From Nitrospinales bacterium (GTDB taxonomy: Bacteria; Nitrospinota; Nitrospinia; Nitrospinales; VA-1): 64,000 bases of DNA. The notes under the pieces were generated by a model. The model ran no database searches. It was not told the origin of the DNA and saw only the letters and a program-made list of their open reading frames with translations. This document shows positions 1 through 10,381 of the stretch, one piece after another. Positions within the stretch are counted from its first letter, which is position 1; every line of letters begins with the position of its first letter. The translations under genes were made by a program, and so were the position numbers. The stretch spans positions 132,447 to 196,446 of the forward strand of contig OZ253496.1 of NCBI GenBank assembly GCA_965262115.1, given 5' to 3'.

Positions 1-567
1 GTGCTCACGCCAGGCAGAACTGTTTTTGATGGTTCTGGAAAGGTCGCCATCGATTTTTCGCAAGCGTTTTTTAAGAGATTCGATATGCTCCTTAATGTCT
101 TTACATATCCATTTTGGAGCTTGTTTTAGACGGGTTTTTTCTTTGGTCAGCATCTCGATCAACTGGCGACGGCGTGTCACTAGAGCTGAGAGTTCAAGAG
201 ATTCTTCGTCTTTGATTTTCCTGACCTCAGGACGTACGGCCCTGGCAAAATGGGCCAGCACAAGAGAATCAATGACATCGGTTTTTGCCAGTTTCCCGGT
301 GGCTTTGGCAAAATCACGAACTTGCCGTGGGTTGACCACGGCTACTGGCAGTCGACCCGCAACCAGGGCCGAAGCCAACGGGATCTCTAAGCCGCCTGTG
401 GCTTCCAAAACGATCAATGGAGGATTTAAGGCGGATAAACTCTCGACCAAACCAGCAATCCCTTCCTCATTGTTAGCGGTTTGCCAGGTTTCTTGAGTCA
501 TGCTGTCAGCAACATCCAGATGGAGTTTAGAAATATCGATGCCAATAAAATGGGGTTTCTGATTCAT
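1..567 (-). CDS. IS110-family transposase, N-terminal 189 codons only (remainder outside window)
   Basis: ATG at 567..565 corresponds to the start of the intact 316-aa ORF 57283..58233 (MNQKPHFIGIDISK...). Confidence 0.85.
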   Translation of the reverse strand, partial: MNQKPHFIGIDISKLHLDVADSMTQETWQTANNEEGIAGLVESLSALNPPLIVLEATGGLEIPLASALVAGRLPVAVVNPRQVRDFAKATGKLAKTDVIDSLVLAHFARAVRPEVRKIKDEESLELSALVTRRRQLIEMLTKEKTRLKQAPKWICKDIKEHIESLKKRLRKIDGDLSRTIKNSSAWREH

Positions 568-804
568 AATTTGGTCTCCCAGCCTTGCCGATGCGGGCTC
601 AGTGGCCCAGGCAACTGTTCGGGTTAATCAAAATAGGACACAACGATCTGCGCTTCGGGACGGGCTTAAAAGCCCAAGGGGTAAACGATCTATTGTGCCC
701 TGAATCAAATCCTGGGAGCTTGTGGAAAACACAAAACCGGCTTCCCACAGGGCTCACAGGTACAACTACTACAAATTCCCCTTATGAACAACATACAAGG
801 GGTA
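568..804 (-). ncRNA. Candidate bridge/guide RNA region in the 5' non-coding end of the IS110-family element (copy 1)
   Basis: 237 bp between the transposase ATG and the element tip, 100% identical to 58234..58470, with several stem-loops. This matches the architecture of IS110-subgroup elements. No transcript evidence. Confidence 0.45.
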
Positions 805-959
805 CAACGGACCCAGTTGCTTTTGCATTCCCATTCCTCCAGCAATCGTTAAAAAAATACCTCAACGCATTATAAACCTGTCTCCAAATGCTATACTTAT
901 GCAAAGGTCTCTTGTTAGAGGGCCAGCCTGACCCATCCTGCAATCTCGAGTTTTGATTT

Positions 960-3900
960 ATGAACGAAAGGGCCCCTATTATTGAGAGTGAAGATTTTTC
1001 ATTCTATGTCGATCAGGTTCAAAAATGGACGGAAGAATCGGGCCGCCCTATTGTTGTTGAGGGTTTGAGAGGTGCCTCCCGGGCTTTTTTTCTGTCGCGG
1101 TTGATCAAGCTCAAAAACCGGCCTGTGGTTATTTTTACCGCAGATCAAAACCGGGGTGAGGTTTTACTGGACGATCTTAAATACTTTTTCCGCCTCGATA
1201 AAATAAAGCGCTCCCCATGTTTTTTTCCTGCTTGGGAGCTCCTTCCCTACGAACCGCTTTCCCCTTTAAACGAAATATCCGGAGAAAGGCTGGACATTCT
1301 CAACCGGCTTCGAACCGGAGAGCCTTTAATTCTGGTCGTACCATTGGAGGCAGGTCTGCAAAGAGTCATGCCTCGCTCGGTTCTGGAAAAACTGGTTTTT
1401 CCGGTTGACCGTAAAATGAGCCTGGAGCGGGAGTTTTTAGAAGCCTGCCTGTCCGACAATGGTTTTGCGCGTTCTCCGTTGGTGGAAACCAGGGGCGAGT
1501 TCAGCGTGCGGGGAGATATTGTTGATTTCTTCCAGCCCGGCAGTATGAACCCGATTCGCATCGAATTTTTTGGCGACGAAGTGGAATCCATTCGAGAGTT
1601 TGATGTGTTATCCCAAGTCTCTATAAATGAACTGGAAAGCGTGAATATTCTTCCTGTGCGAGAGCTTTGCCTGAACGATGCAGAAAAAAAACAGGGCGTG
1701 GAAGCCATCAATAACTTCGCCGGGAAAAATGAGAGCGACCGCTTGGCACTGAAGGAGCTTCTGGAAAAAATTCAGCATCTCGGGGTGTTTTCCGGCATGG
1801 AATATCTGGCCCCTTTTTTCTATTCCACTGGCGAAACGCTTTTTGACTATTTGCATCGGGATTCCCTGATTGTGTTTGAGGAGGAGGACCGGTTACAGGA
1901 TAAATCTGAACAGTTTCACGATCTCATTGAGATGGAGTATCACGCGATTATGGAAAATGGGGATATCGCCGCTTCTCCAGAAGAATTGTATTTGACGATG
2001 GATGCGTTCAAAAATCATGTGACCGAATTTAATGGATGCATTGCCTTGAACAGCCTGAAAACTTCAGATGATGAAGCGGGTCGTACCCTTGGTCTGGAGA
2101 TGAAACCTATTCCCTCTTTAGCCGGAAGGTTTGAAGCTTTCAGCGAACAAGTCCTTAAATGGCAGGAAGATGAAAATAAGGTGGTGGTTGTGGCGCCGAC
2201 AAAGGGGCAGGTTCGCCGCATTCATGAGTTGCTTCATGATTGGGGACTGGAAATCGATGTGGACCTTGGACGAATCAGTGAAGGCTTTCAATTAAAATCA
2301 TTCAATCAGATTTTCATCGCCGAGCACGAAATATTTGGTAGAACCCACAAGCACCGGCATCGCAGAAAGCCCCGTTCGCAAGCTTTTCAACGGGGACTAA
2401 AGGATTTAAGAGAAGGTGATTTTCTGGTGCATATTGATTATGGCATTGGCCTGTATCAAGGGACACGGGAACTGCAAACCGGGGTGGGCGGCGGAGAGTT
2501 TTTGGAAATTATATATGCTGATGACGAAAAACTGTATCTCCCAATGGAAGCGCTTGGACTCGTTCAAAAATATGTAGGGTCAACGGAAACTCCGCCGCCA
2601 TTGAGCAAAATGGGGGGAGCCGCCTGGAAGCGCCAGAAGAAAAAAGTCAGGGAAGCAATTCAGGAAATGGCGGGAGATTTACTTAAACTTTATGCTTCCC
2701 GGGAGATGGCTCACGGTCATGCTTATTCAAACAATACTCTTATGATGCGAGAGTTTGCCGACGCGTTCGAGTATGAGGAAACCGAGGATCAATCCAAAGC
2801 CATTGAGGATGTGGAAGCGGATCTGGAAAAGGACAAACCCACCGACAGGTTGATCTGCGGGGATGTAGGCTATGGTAAAACGGAAGTCGCAATGCGGGCG
2901 GCTTTCAAGGTGGTTCTGGATAAAAAACAGGTTGCCGTATTGGTGCCAACCACGATTCTCGCTCAGCAACATTTGCAGACCTTTCGTGAACGTTTTCGTG
3001 AATACCCGGTCAATATTGACATGGTCAACAGGTTCCGTACTCCGAGTGAGCAAAAGGAGACTTTAGCGCAGCTGAAAAAAAGTAATGTTGATATTATTAT
3101 AGGAACGCATCGATTGTTGTCTAAGGATGTAGAGTTTGTCTCGCTCGGCTTGATCATTATCGACGAGGAACAAAAGTTTGGCGTCAAACATAAAGAAAAA
3201 TTGAAGAAGCTCAGAAACTCTGTGGATATTCTTACGCTCACAGCGACACCGATTCCTCGCACCCTGCATTTTTCCTTGATGGGGGTGCGTGATATGAGCG
3301 TCATCGAAACCCCTCCTGTTGACCGTCTTGCGGTAAAAACCTTTATTCGCAAGTTTGATGAAAAAGTGATCCGTGAAGCAATCATGAGGGAAGTAGACCG
3401 TGGCGGGCAGGTATTTTTTGTGCATAACAAAATTCGCAGTATCCATTCTATCGCCGAAATGATTCGAAGGGTGGCTCCTGGAGTAAAAATAGACATCGCC
3501 CACGGCCAACTGCCGGAACACCAGTTAGAAACGGTGATGAAAAAATTTATGGATAAGGAAGTGGATCTTTTGCTGAGTACATCCATTGTTGAGTCTGGAC
3601 TTGATATTCCCTCCGCCAATACCATCATTATCAATCGCGCCGACCAGTTTGGACTGGCTCAGCTTTACCAATTGCGCGGCAGGGTGGGGCGATACAAGCA
3701 TCAGGCCTATGCCTATCTGTTGATCCCGGGGACAGGAGGTTTGAGTGATGAGGCTCGCAAACGTCTTAGTGCGATTGAGGAAATGAGTGAGCTTGGGGCG
3801 GGTTTTCAGCTTTCGGCGCGTGATATGGAAATCCGCGGAGTGGGTAATATGCTTGGGCACAACCAATCCGGTCACATCACCTCTGTGGGTTTTGACCTTT

Positions 3901-4415
3901 ATTGCAAACTGGTTGAGGACATGGTGAAAGATATCCGTGGGGAAAAAACCGAGTCCCGCATTGAGACGGAACTGGATTTGATGGTAAAAGGATTCATTCC
4001 AAAGGATTATGTCCCGGATCTGAATCAGCGCCTGGATTTTTACCGGAGGATACAGGTTGCCAGCGAGCAGGACGAAGGCCTGTCGATAGCGAGTGAATTG
4101 GCAGACAGGTATGGTCCACACCCTGACCCGGCAGCAAAACTTCTGGCTCTCTTAGAGATACGCATATTTTGTCAGCAGATCCATATTTCCAAAATCGAAA
4201 TGAAGCAAAAGGAAGTCATTTTGCATTTATTGCCTTCAACGCCTATCAATCCACAAGCATTAACTTCCATGTTCGATGAACGTTTGAGTATCCGGTCGGA
4301 ATACAAAATTAGTATACGTTTGGATCGCAAGGGATGGAAAACGGATTTAAAACTTATCGGGAATTATTTGCAAAAGCTGGCGCATTCGTTGCGGCCCATC
4401 GAGGTGGAAAATTGA
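960..4415 (+). CDS. mfd: Transcription-repair coupling factor
   Basis: 1151 aa. Helicase motifs GDVGYGKTEVA, DEEQKFGV, TATPIPRTL. CarD-like RNAP-interaction segment DFLVHIDYGIG. C-terminal TRCF domain. Confidence 0.95.
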   Translation: MNERAPIIESEDFSFYVDQVQKWTEESGRPIVVEGLRGASRAFFLSRLIKLKNRPVVIFTADQNRGEVLLDDLKYFFRLDKIKRSPCFFPAWELLPYEPLSPLNEISGERLDILNRLRTGEPLILVVPLEAGLQRVMPRSVLEKLVFPVDRKMSLEREFLEACLSDNGFARSPLVETRGEFSVRGDIVDFFQPGSMNPIRIEFFGDEVESIREFDVLSQVSINELESVNILPVRELCLNDAEKKQGVEAINNFAGKNESDRLALKELLEKIQHLGVFSGMEYLAPFFYSTGETLFDYLHRDSLIVFEEEDRLQDKSEQFHDLIEMEYHAIMENGDIAASPEELYLTMDAFKNHVTEFNGCIALNSLKTSDDEAGRTLGLEMKPIPSLAGRFEAFSEQVLKWQEDENKVVVVAPTKGQVRRIHELLHDWGLEIDVDLGRISEGFQLKSFNQIFIAEHEIFGRTHKHRHRRKPRSQAFQRGLKDLREGDFLVHIDYGIGLYQGTRELQTGVGGGEFLEIIYADDEKLYLPMEALGLVQKYVGSTETPPPLSKMGGAAWKRQKKKVREAIQEMAGDLLKLYASREMAHGHAYSNNTLMMREFADAFEYEETEDQSKAIEDVEADLEKDKPTDRLICGDVGYGKTEVAMRAAFKVVLDKKQVAVLVPTTILAQQHLQTFRERFREYPVNIDMVNRFRTPSEQKETLAQLKKSNVDIIIGTHRLLSKDVEFVSLGLIIIDEEQKFGVKHKEKLKKLRNSVDILTLTATPIPRTLHFSLMGVRDMSVIETPPVDRLAVKTFIRKFDEKVIREAIMREVDRGGQVFFVHNKIRSIHSIAEMIRRVAPGVKIDIAHGQLPEHQLETVMKKFMDKEVDLLLSTSIVESGLDIPSANTIIINRADQFGLAQLYQLRGRVGRYKHQAYAYLLIPGTGGLSDEARKRLSAIEEMSELGAGFQLSARDMEIRGVGNMLGHNQSGHITSVGFDLYCKLVEDMVKDIRGEKTESRIETELDLMVKGFIPKDYVPDLNQRLDFYRRIQVASEQDEGLSIASELADRYGPHPDPAAKLLALLEIRIFCQQIHISKIEMKQKEVILHLLPSTPINPQALTSMFDERLSIRSEYKISIRLDRKGWKTDLKLIGNYLQKLAHSLRPIEVEN

Positions 4416-5377
4416 TGAAAGGTAAATGGCTGACAGGAATCGCTTTGGGAATGTGTTTGAGTATTGCTTCCTGTTCCAATGGTTCGTCCCCTGATGCATT
4501 GGATGGCAGTGTTACCATCGTAATTATCAATAATGAAGAAGTTCCTCTGGATCGGTTCAAGATAGAATTTAAAGCTCATAAGAAGAAATTCTGGATTCAG
4601 GGGGCAGGAGAAATTACAGCGGAAGAATTAATCTGGCTCAAAAACAGGACCTTGGAACAAGTAGTACAAAATACCCTTTTCAGACAGGAAGCTAGAAAAA
4701 ATAATATCGAAATCAGCCGGGAAGAGCTGGATGAGGCGCTATTGAAATCCGAGGTAGGATATCCTGAAGACTCATTTAGAAAGCGACTGGAGTTTGAAGG
4801 ATTGTCCCGTAAAGAATGGGAAAATGCGATAGAAAACAATCTGTTGATAAATAAATTGATTAACAATTTTGTCAATAGTAAAGTATCAGTGAGTGATGAT
4901 GAAATGCTTGGTTATTTTGAGGCCAATGAAGCCAGGTTTCATAAAAGCGAGCAGGTGAGGGCTCTTCATATTATGGTGGAGACCGAGGAAGAGATCCGTG
5001 AAATTCAAAAAGAATTGCAGTCGAAGCAAAAAGATTTCCCTGGTCTGGCCAAAGAATATTCGCTGGGTCCGGAAGGAGCCCGGGGAGGGGATTTGGGTTA
5101 TTTCGAGTCCGGTCAAATGCCTGAAGAATTTGATAATGTTTTTAAACTAAAAATTAATGGCATTAGTGACATCATTCGCACTCCTTATGGTTTTCATTTG
5201 TTCAAAGTTGTAGACAAAATTGAAGATCGAAAAATGAGCTTTGATGAATCAAAAAAACAGATTGAACAAGTTTTGCTCCAGGGCCTTCAGGATAAGGCTT
5301 TCCAGAAATGGATGATCCAGTTAAAAGAAAGCTCAGTGATTGAGATCAACTATGATTTCCTTGAAAAAATTAACTGA
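4415..5377 (+). CDS. Parvulin-type peptidyl-prolyl isomerase lipoprotein (PrsA/PpiD/SurA-like)
   Basis: ATG overlaps the mfd stop (ATGA). Lipobox-like LSIASCS. Rotamase motifs RALHIMV, GDLGYF, YGFHLFKV. Confidence 0.8.
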   Translation: MKGKWLTGIALGMCLSIASCSNGSSPDALDGSVTIVIINNEEVPLDRFKIEFKAHKKKFWIQGAGEITAEELIWLKNRTLEQVVQNTLFRQEARKNNIEISREELDEALLKSEVGYPEDSFRKRLEFEGLSRKEWENAIENNLLINKLINNFVNSKVSVSDDEMLGYFEANEARFHKSEQVRALHIMVETEEEIREIQKELQSKQKDFPGLAKEYSLGPEGARGGDLGYFESGQMPEEFDNVFKLKINGISDIIRTPYGFHLFKVVDKIEDRKMSFDESKKQIEQVLLQGLQDKAFQKWMIQLKESSVIEINYDFLEKIN

Positions 5378-6626
5378 AGCGGGTTTTGCCTTGGCTTTGG
5401 TGTTGGCGCTGGGTCTATTTCCAGCGCATGCCAAGGTGTTTGACAAGGTGGCCGCGAAAGTGAACACAGAGATCATTACCTTAAGCTCTATTGAAGAGCG
5501 GGCTGAAATTTTGCGGCAAAAGTATGCGCGGTCTTCTGTGACTGTTTCTGGGCAGGAACTGTTGAAAGAAGCGCTTAACATGATTATTAACGAAAGGCTT
5601 CAGCTTCAAGAGGGGGAAAAGCTTGGTTTTATCGTTGATGAAGATGCCATTGATGCGGCAGTTAAGGATATTTCAGATAAAAATGGTCTTGTGGATGGGC
5701 AGTTGCAGGAAATGCTAGAGCGGGATGGGAGGACCCTGAGTTCCTATCGAGATCATATTCGTGATCAGATATTGGTTTCAAAAATTACCCGGTTTGCAAT
5801 TGGTAACCGGGTGAAAGTCAGTGATAAAAACGTTAGTCAGTATTATAAGGAACACCAGAAGGATTTTTTGGAAGATGGGCAGGTGCGAGCCCGCCACATC
5901 CTTTTTATTGCTGAGCGCGGTTCTCACGAGACAAATAGAAAAGCGAAGTTACAGCAGGCAAAAAAAGTCCTCAGTGAAATTCGAAAAGGGGCTGACTTTG
6001 CCGAGCTTGCCACGAAATATTCGGAAGATGTTTCTGCCAGTGATGGAGGGGACGCGGGTTTTATTGTGAGAGGTAAAATGGTTCGCGAATTCGAAGAGGC
6101 GGTCTTCAGTTTAAAGCCGGGACAGATTAGTGGCGTTGTGGAAACGGAGTATGGCTACCATATCATCAAGGTCGAGGAGGTTTTGCCTGGTAAAACTTTA
6201 GCTTTAAAAGATGCTAAGGATCGTATTACTCAGATTCTTCGTATGCAAAAGCAAAAACAGGGTTATGACGATTGGATGGAAGAATTAAAAAAGTCAGCTT
6301 TTATTGAAGTGAATTTATTTGATGAGTCTGACCAAAATAAGAGCCTGGTTTCAAGAGGATCATATAAAAAGAAACCCGACAGTACAATGAAGGCAAAAAA
6401 GAAACTGAGTTCGGGGGCCGATTCCCGGCAGGAAATGTTGCAGAAAAAATGGGAGGAAATGTATAAGTCCGTTGAGAAGTTGAACGGCGGCTCCGGCAAA
6501 TACGAAGATTCAGAGCTTGAATCCCTGGAGGAAAAACTCATACATATTAAAAAATTGCGAGATCAAAACAAGATATCTGAAAAGGAATATCAAAAACGCA
6601 AAGAAAAAATTTTGAATCGTCTTTAA
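5352..6626 (+). CDS. SurA-like periplasmic chaperone / parvulin PPIase with Lys/Glu-rich tail
   Basis: Signal peptide ending FPAHA. Parvulin motifs RARHILF, GDAGFI, YGYHIIKV. The track start at 5340 (TTG) is also possible. Confidence 0.8.
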   Translation: MISLKKLTEAGFALALVLALGLFPAHAKVFDKVAAKVNTEIITLSSIEERAEILRQKYARSSVTVSGQELLKEALNMIINERLQLQEGEKLGFIVDEDAIDAAVKDISDKNGLVDGQLQEMLERDGRTLSSYRDHIRDQILVSKITRFAIGNRVKVSDKNVSQYYKEHQKDFLEDGQVRARHILFIAERGSHETNRKAKLQQAKKVLSEIRKGADFAELATKYSEDVSASDGGDAGFIVRGKMVREFEEAVFSLKPGQISGVVETEYGYHIIKVEEVLPGKTLALKDAKDRITQILRMQKQKQGYDDWMEELKKSAFIEVNLFDESDQNKSLVSRGSYKKKPDSTMKAKKKLSSGADSRQEMLQKKWEEMYKSVEKLNGGSGKYEDSELESLEEKLIHIKKLRDQNKISEKEYQKRKEKILNRL

Positions 6627-6781
6627 CTTCCCGGAACCGTTGTTAATTTTGGCTTGATTTTATTTTTCCACCTCTGCTTTCCTTTTAAGCTCTTTTCCTT
6701 TTTTGATTCTGTATTATTAAACGGAAATATCGTTCTATATATTAAGAACCTATCATTGAGTATCTTTAAAAGCGGGAGTGA

Positions 6782-8218
6782 ATGGGGAAGGTTTATCTGC
6801 TTCGAAAAAAATCCATGCCAGAATTTTTAAAAAAAGTAAAGTCAGCAATTGTTGAATTGATTGCGCGGGACGACAAGGTTTTAGTGGCTGTTTCCGGCGG
6901 GGCCGATTCGCTGGCGTTGCTTTACCTTTTGCACCAGTTCTCCAAAGAACTTGGCTATGATTTATTTGTCGCACATTTAAACCATTTGACTCGAGGCGAG
7001 GAATCTGATGAGGATGCAAGGTTTGTTGAGAAGGAGGCGGGTAAGATTTCCCTTCCTGTTTTTGTCGGTAAGATAGATGTGGTCGTGGAAAAATCTATTC
7101 TGAAATCTTCTTTCCAGGAATCTGCCCGTATTTTAAGGTACCGGTTTTTGGAAAAAACCCTAATGTCTATTAAAGGGAACAAGATTGCCTTGGGGCACAC
7201 TGCGGATGACTGCGTTGAAACAGTTTTGATGAACCTGTTGAGGGGGACAGGATTAAGAGGGCTCGCAGGGATACCGGAAACGAGGGGGCATGTGATACGA
7301 CCTCTTTTGCACTGTACCCGATCTGAATTAGAGCAGTTTTTAAATGATCGGAACATGGCTTATCGTACGGATTCCTCGAATAACGAAAAAAAATATCTGA
7401 GAAATAAAATCCGCCACGAAGTAATTCCTTTTTTAAGGACATTCAATAAGAATATTTCTGGGAACCTGTTGAGTCTGGCAGAAATCGCTCGGGGAGAAGA
7501 GCAATGGATGTCAGAAAAAACCCGTGAACTCTATTCACAACTTGTGAAAACCGAGAACGGGGGCCTATGCTTTGAGGTGACCGAATTTGAGAAGCAACCT
7601 CAGGCAATGAAAAGGCGGTTGATTCGCGAAACTTTTTATCGACTTACGGGAAGTTTGCGTGAAATTACAGCTTTGCATGTCTGGCAGGTTCTCGAACTTT
7701 TTGCCCGTGCCAGAGTGGGGAGTGGATTAAGACTTCCCGGAAATGTGCGGGTGGTCTGTGGGTATGGAACGGTGAGCTTTTCTTTGTCCAAAGATTCGAA
7801 AGATGATGGCCTTCCTGAAATTGACAGAAAGACGATAAGGTTAGAAGTTCCGGGTGTGACGAGTTTAGCCCAGTTAGGAATTCAACTGAATGTGCGGCTT
7901 GTTGAACCATCTGCAGATTTGCCGCAACCGGTCGATAAAAAACAGGCCTATTTCGATTTCGATAAGACCGGCGAAGACATTCGGGTTCGGTTTTTCCAGC
8001 CGGGCGATCGTTTTATGCCCTTGGGCATGCGGGGACATAAAAAAGTGAAGTCCTATTTTATTGACCAAAAGATTCCCCGTGAAAAAAGACTTTCCATCCC
8101 CATATTGACAAATGGCAAAGACGATATCATCTGGATGTATGGAGAACGGATCTCTGAACAATTCTGTGTTGCTGAAAATACGAAAAAGGTGCTTTTTATA
8201 GAAGGAAAAGGGCTTTAA
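6782..8218 (+). CDS. tilS: tRNA(Ile)-lysidine synthetase
   Basis: PP-loop SGGADS, LNHLTRG segment, C-terminal TilS substrate domain. GGGAG RBS 5 nt upstream of the ATG. Confidence 0.9.
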   Translation: MGKVYLLRKKSMPEFLKKVKSAIVELIARDDKVLVAVSGGADSLALLYLLHQFSKELGYDLFVAHLNHLTRGEESDEDARFVEKEAGKISLPVFVGKIDVVVEKSILKSSFQESARILRYRFLEKTLMSIKGNKIALGHTADDCVETVLMNLLRGTGLRGLAGIPETRGHVIRPLLHCTRSELEQFLNDRNMAYRTDSSNNEKKYLRNKIRHEVIPFLRTFNKNISGNLLSLAEIARGEEQWMSEKTRELYSQLVKTENGGLCFEVTEFEKQPQAMKRRLIRETFYRLTGSLREITALHVWQVLELFARARVGSGLRLPGNVRVVCGYGTVSFSLSKDSKDDGLPEIDRKTIRLEVPGVTSLAQLGIQLNVRLVEPSADLPQPVDKKQAYFDFDKTGEDIRVRFFQPGDRFMPLGMRGHKKVKSYFIDQKIPREKRLSIPILTNGKDDIIWMYGERISEQFCVAENTKKVLFIEGKGL

Positions 8219-8311
8219 AATGTTGATATTTAAGAAGGCGGCAAAGAGTATTTTTGTGGTAAGCTTATGGAGACCCACTGTTGGCGAGAATAACTCTGTG
8301 AGGAGATAATT

Positions 8312-10240
8312 TTGAATCAATTTTATAAAAACTTAGCACTCTGGTTAGTGATCGGCATTGTTCTGATTGCTTTATTCAATATATTCAATCAGCCTATAAC
8401 CCCGCAGTCGGAAGTGGTTTTCAGTGATTTTATGGACCAGGTTGAGCAGGGGCAAGTCACTGAAGTAATGATTAGTGGTGATAGCATTAGCGGTAAGTAT
8501 ATGGATGGCAAGTCTTTCCAGACCACCGCTCCGCCAAAAGATCCAGATCTCGTCAAATCGCTCAGGGAGAAAAGTGTTCGTATTGTCGTGGTGCCTCCTG
8601 AACAAACAAGCTGGTATATGAGCATTCTTATTTCCTGGTTTCCCATGATTTTATTATTGGGAATCTGGATATTTTTCATGCGCCAGATGCAGGCTGGCGG
8701 AGGTAAAGCTATGTCATTTGGAAAAAGCCGTGCCCGACTTTTAAATGACACGAAAAATAAAACCACCTTTAAGGATGTGGCGGGTGTTGATGAGGCAAAA
8801 GAAGAGCTTCATGAAATTATTGAGTTTTTAAAGGAGCCCCAGAAGTTCAGCAAGTTGGGAGGCAAAATTCCTAAAGGGGTATTGCTTGTTGGCCCTCCTG
8901 GTACCGGGAAAACTCTTTTGGCTCGGGCCATTTCCGGCGAAGCGAGCGTCCCATTTTTCAGCATCAGTGGTTCTGACTTTGTTGAAATGTTTGTCGGGGT
9001 TGGCGCGTCACGGGTTCGTGACCTGTTCGAACAAGGCAAAAAGAACAGCCCGTGTTTGATTTTTATTGATGAAATTGATGCTGTGGGTCGGCATCGTGGT
9101 GCCGGTCTAGGCGGCGGCCATGATGAGCGGGAACAGACTCTCAACCAGCTTCTGGTCGAAATGGATGGTTTCGAAAACAATGAGGGAGTCATCCTCATCG
9201 CAGCGACCAACCGTCCTGATGTTCTGGACCCGGCTTTGTTGAGGCCGGGACGATTTGATCGGCAGGTCGTGGTCAGTCGTCCTGATATCAAAGGCCGGGA
9301 CGGAATTTTGAAAGTTCATACCTCTACGGTTCCGCTTGCTGATGAAGTGGACTTGAAAATCATTGCCAGGGGAACCCCCGGATTTACCGGTGCGGATCTG
9401 GCTAACCTCGTTAATGAGGCGGCCTTGTTAGCCGCTCGGAACGATAAGAAAGCCGTAGATATGGATGACTTTGAGCAAGCCAAAGACAAAGTCCTGATGG
9501 GAGTGGAGCGTCGGAGTATGGTTATTTCTGAGAAAGTGAAAAAAACCACAGCCTATCATGAAGCGGGGCATGCCCTGGTAGCCTCCCTTTTGCCCGATGC
9601 GGATCCTCTCCATAAAGTTACGATCATTCCGAGAGGAAGAGCCTTGGGAGTGACCATGCAGTTGCCGATAGATGAGCAGCATACATATCGAAAAAAATAC
9701 CTCTATAATAGCCTTGCTATCCTGATGGGTGGAAGGTGTGCAGAAGAAATTTGCCTTGGTGAAATTACCACCGGTGCGGGTAACGATATTGAACGAGCCA
9801 CAGAAATGGCCCGGAAAATGGTCTGCGAATGGGGGATGAGCGAAAAAATGGGCCCACTTACTTATGGCTCCAAGGAGGAGCAGGTATTTTTAGGCAAGGA
9901 CTTTTCATCCCAGAAAAATTTCAGCGACCAAACGGCTAAGTTGATAGATCAGGAAGTCAAGACGCTGGTTATGGGAGGATATAATTGCGCTACTGAATTA
10001 CTGAAACAGAACCGCGATATCCTCGAAAACCTGGCTCAGGCTCTGCTGGAAAGAGAAACCCTGAATGCGGTTGAGGTTAAAAATATTATTGCAGGAAAAA
10101 GTGATATTGACCCCGATCCTTCCGGCGTGGAACCACAAGAAATAGAGCCTGAGGTTCCTGCTGAAAATCCGAAAACTAAAACAGACTCTGAAGAAGAAGG
10201 ACTCCTGGGCGGCGGCATGCCTGATCCTACGCCTGCCTGA
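8312..10240 (+). CDS. ftsH: ATP-dependent zinc metalloprotease FtsH
   Basis: Two N-terminal TM helices, Walker [15 protein letters not shown], zinc site HEAGH. TTG start after a GAGGAG RBS. Confidence 0.97.
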   Translation: MNQFYKNLALWLVIGIVLIALFNIFNQPITPQSEVVFSDFMDQVEQGQVTEVMISGDSISGKYMDGKSFQTTAPPKDPDLVKSLREKSVRIVVVPPEQTSWYMSILISWFPMILLLGIWIFFMRQMQAGGGKAMSFGKSRARLLNDTKNKTTFKDVAGVDEAKEELHEIIEFLKEPQKFSKLGGKIPKGVLLVGPPGTGKTLLARAISGEASVPFFSISGSDFVEMFVGVGASRVRDLFEQGKKNSPCLIFIDEIDAVGRHRGAGLGGGHDEREQTLNQLLVEMDGFENNEGVILIAATNRPDVLDPALLRPGRFDRQVVVSRPDIKGRDGILKVHTSTVPLADEVDLKIIARGTPGFTGADLANLVNEAALLAARNDKKAVDMDDFEQAKDKVLMGVERRSMVISEKVKKTTAYHEAGHALVASLLPDADPLHKVTIIPRGRALGVTMQLPIDEQHTYRKKYLYNSLAILMGGRCAEEICLGEITTGAGNDIERATEMARKMVCEWGMSEKMGPLTYGSKEEQVFLGKDFSSQKNFSDQTAKLIDQEVKTLVMGGYNCATELLKQNRDILENLAQALLERETLNAVEVKNIIAGKSDIDPDPSGVEPQEIEPEVPAENPKTKTDSEEEGLLGGGMPDPTPA

Positions 10241-10272
10241 TCATTGCTTTAAATAATAATTTGTTTCCAACC

Positions 10273-10316
10273 AACTCCACATTTTATCCGGCTTGATGCC
10301 GGAATGTGGAGTTTTT
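10273..10316 (+). terminator. Rho-independent terminator after ftsH
   Basis: AACTCCACATT ... AATGTGGAGTTTTT with a nested CCGGC/GCCGG stem, followed by a T-run. Confidence 0.7.
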
Positions 10317-10381
10317 GGTTTCTTCTCCTTTGCGCCCCGGAGAGGTATAAAGAGCCCCGCCTAGTGGGGAGGAACTTCGCT

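Larger units (their letters stand above)
1..804 (-). mobile_element. IS110-family insertion sequence, partial copy truncated by the window edge
   Basis: nt 1..804 align base-for-base with 57667..58470 (mismatches only at 237, 242, 466). Identity stops abruptly at 804/58470. Confidence 0.85.

Noticed and set aside
26-496. Long plus-strand ORFs antisense to the IS110 recombinase (26..496 and 57617..58162, 156/181 aa)
   Set aside because: They are entirely contained within the well-supported minus-strand recombinase ORF. They have Arg/Ser-rich low-complexity composition typical of shadow frames and no RBS.
585-875. ORFs 585..875 and 58251..58565 (96/104 aa) running across the IS110 non-coding end into the flanks
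   Set aside because: They are on the opposite strand to the recombinase and cross the element boundary, so their C-termini differ between copies. They also lie in a region better explained as a structured RNA.
897-912. 16-nt exact match TTATGCAAAGGTCTCT at 897..912 and 25421..25436, each near a mobile or repeat feature
   Set aside because: A single 16-mer match is about what is expected by chance among all position pairs in 64 kb on both strands. Similarity does not extend convincingly on either side.
8809-9291. 160-aa antisense ORF inside ftsH, and similar long antisense ORFs inside mfd, the aconitase gene and gpsA
   Set aside because: They are fully nested in strongly supported conserved genes, and their compositions are typical of shadow frames.
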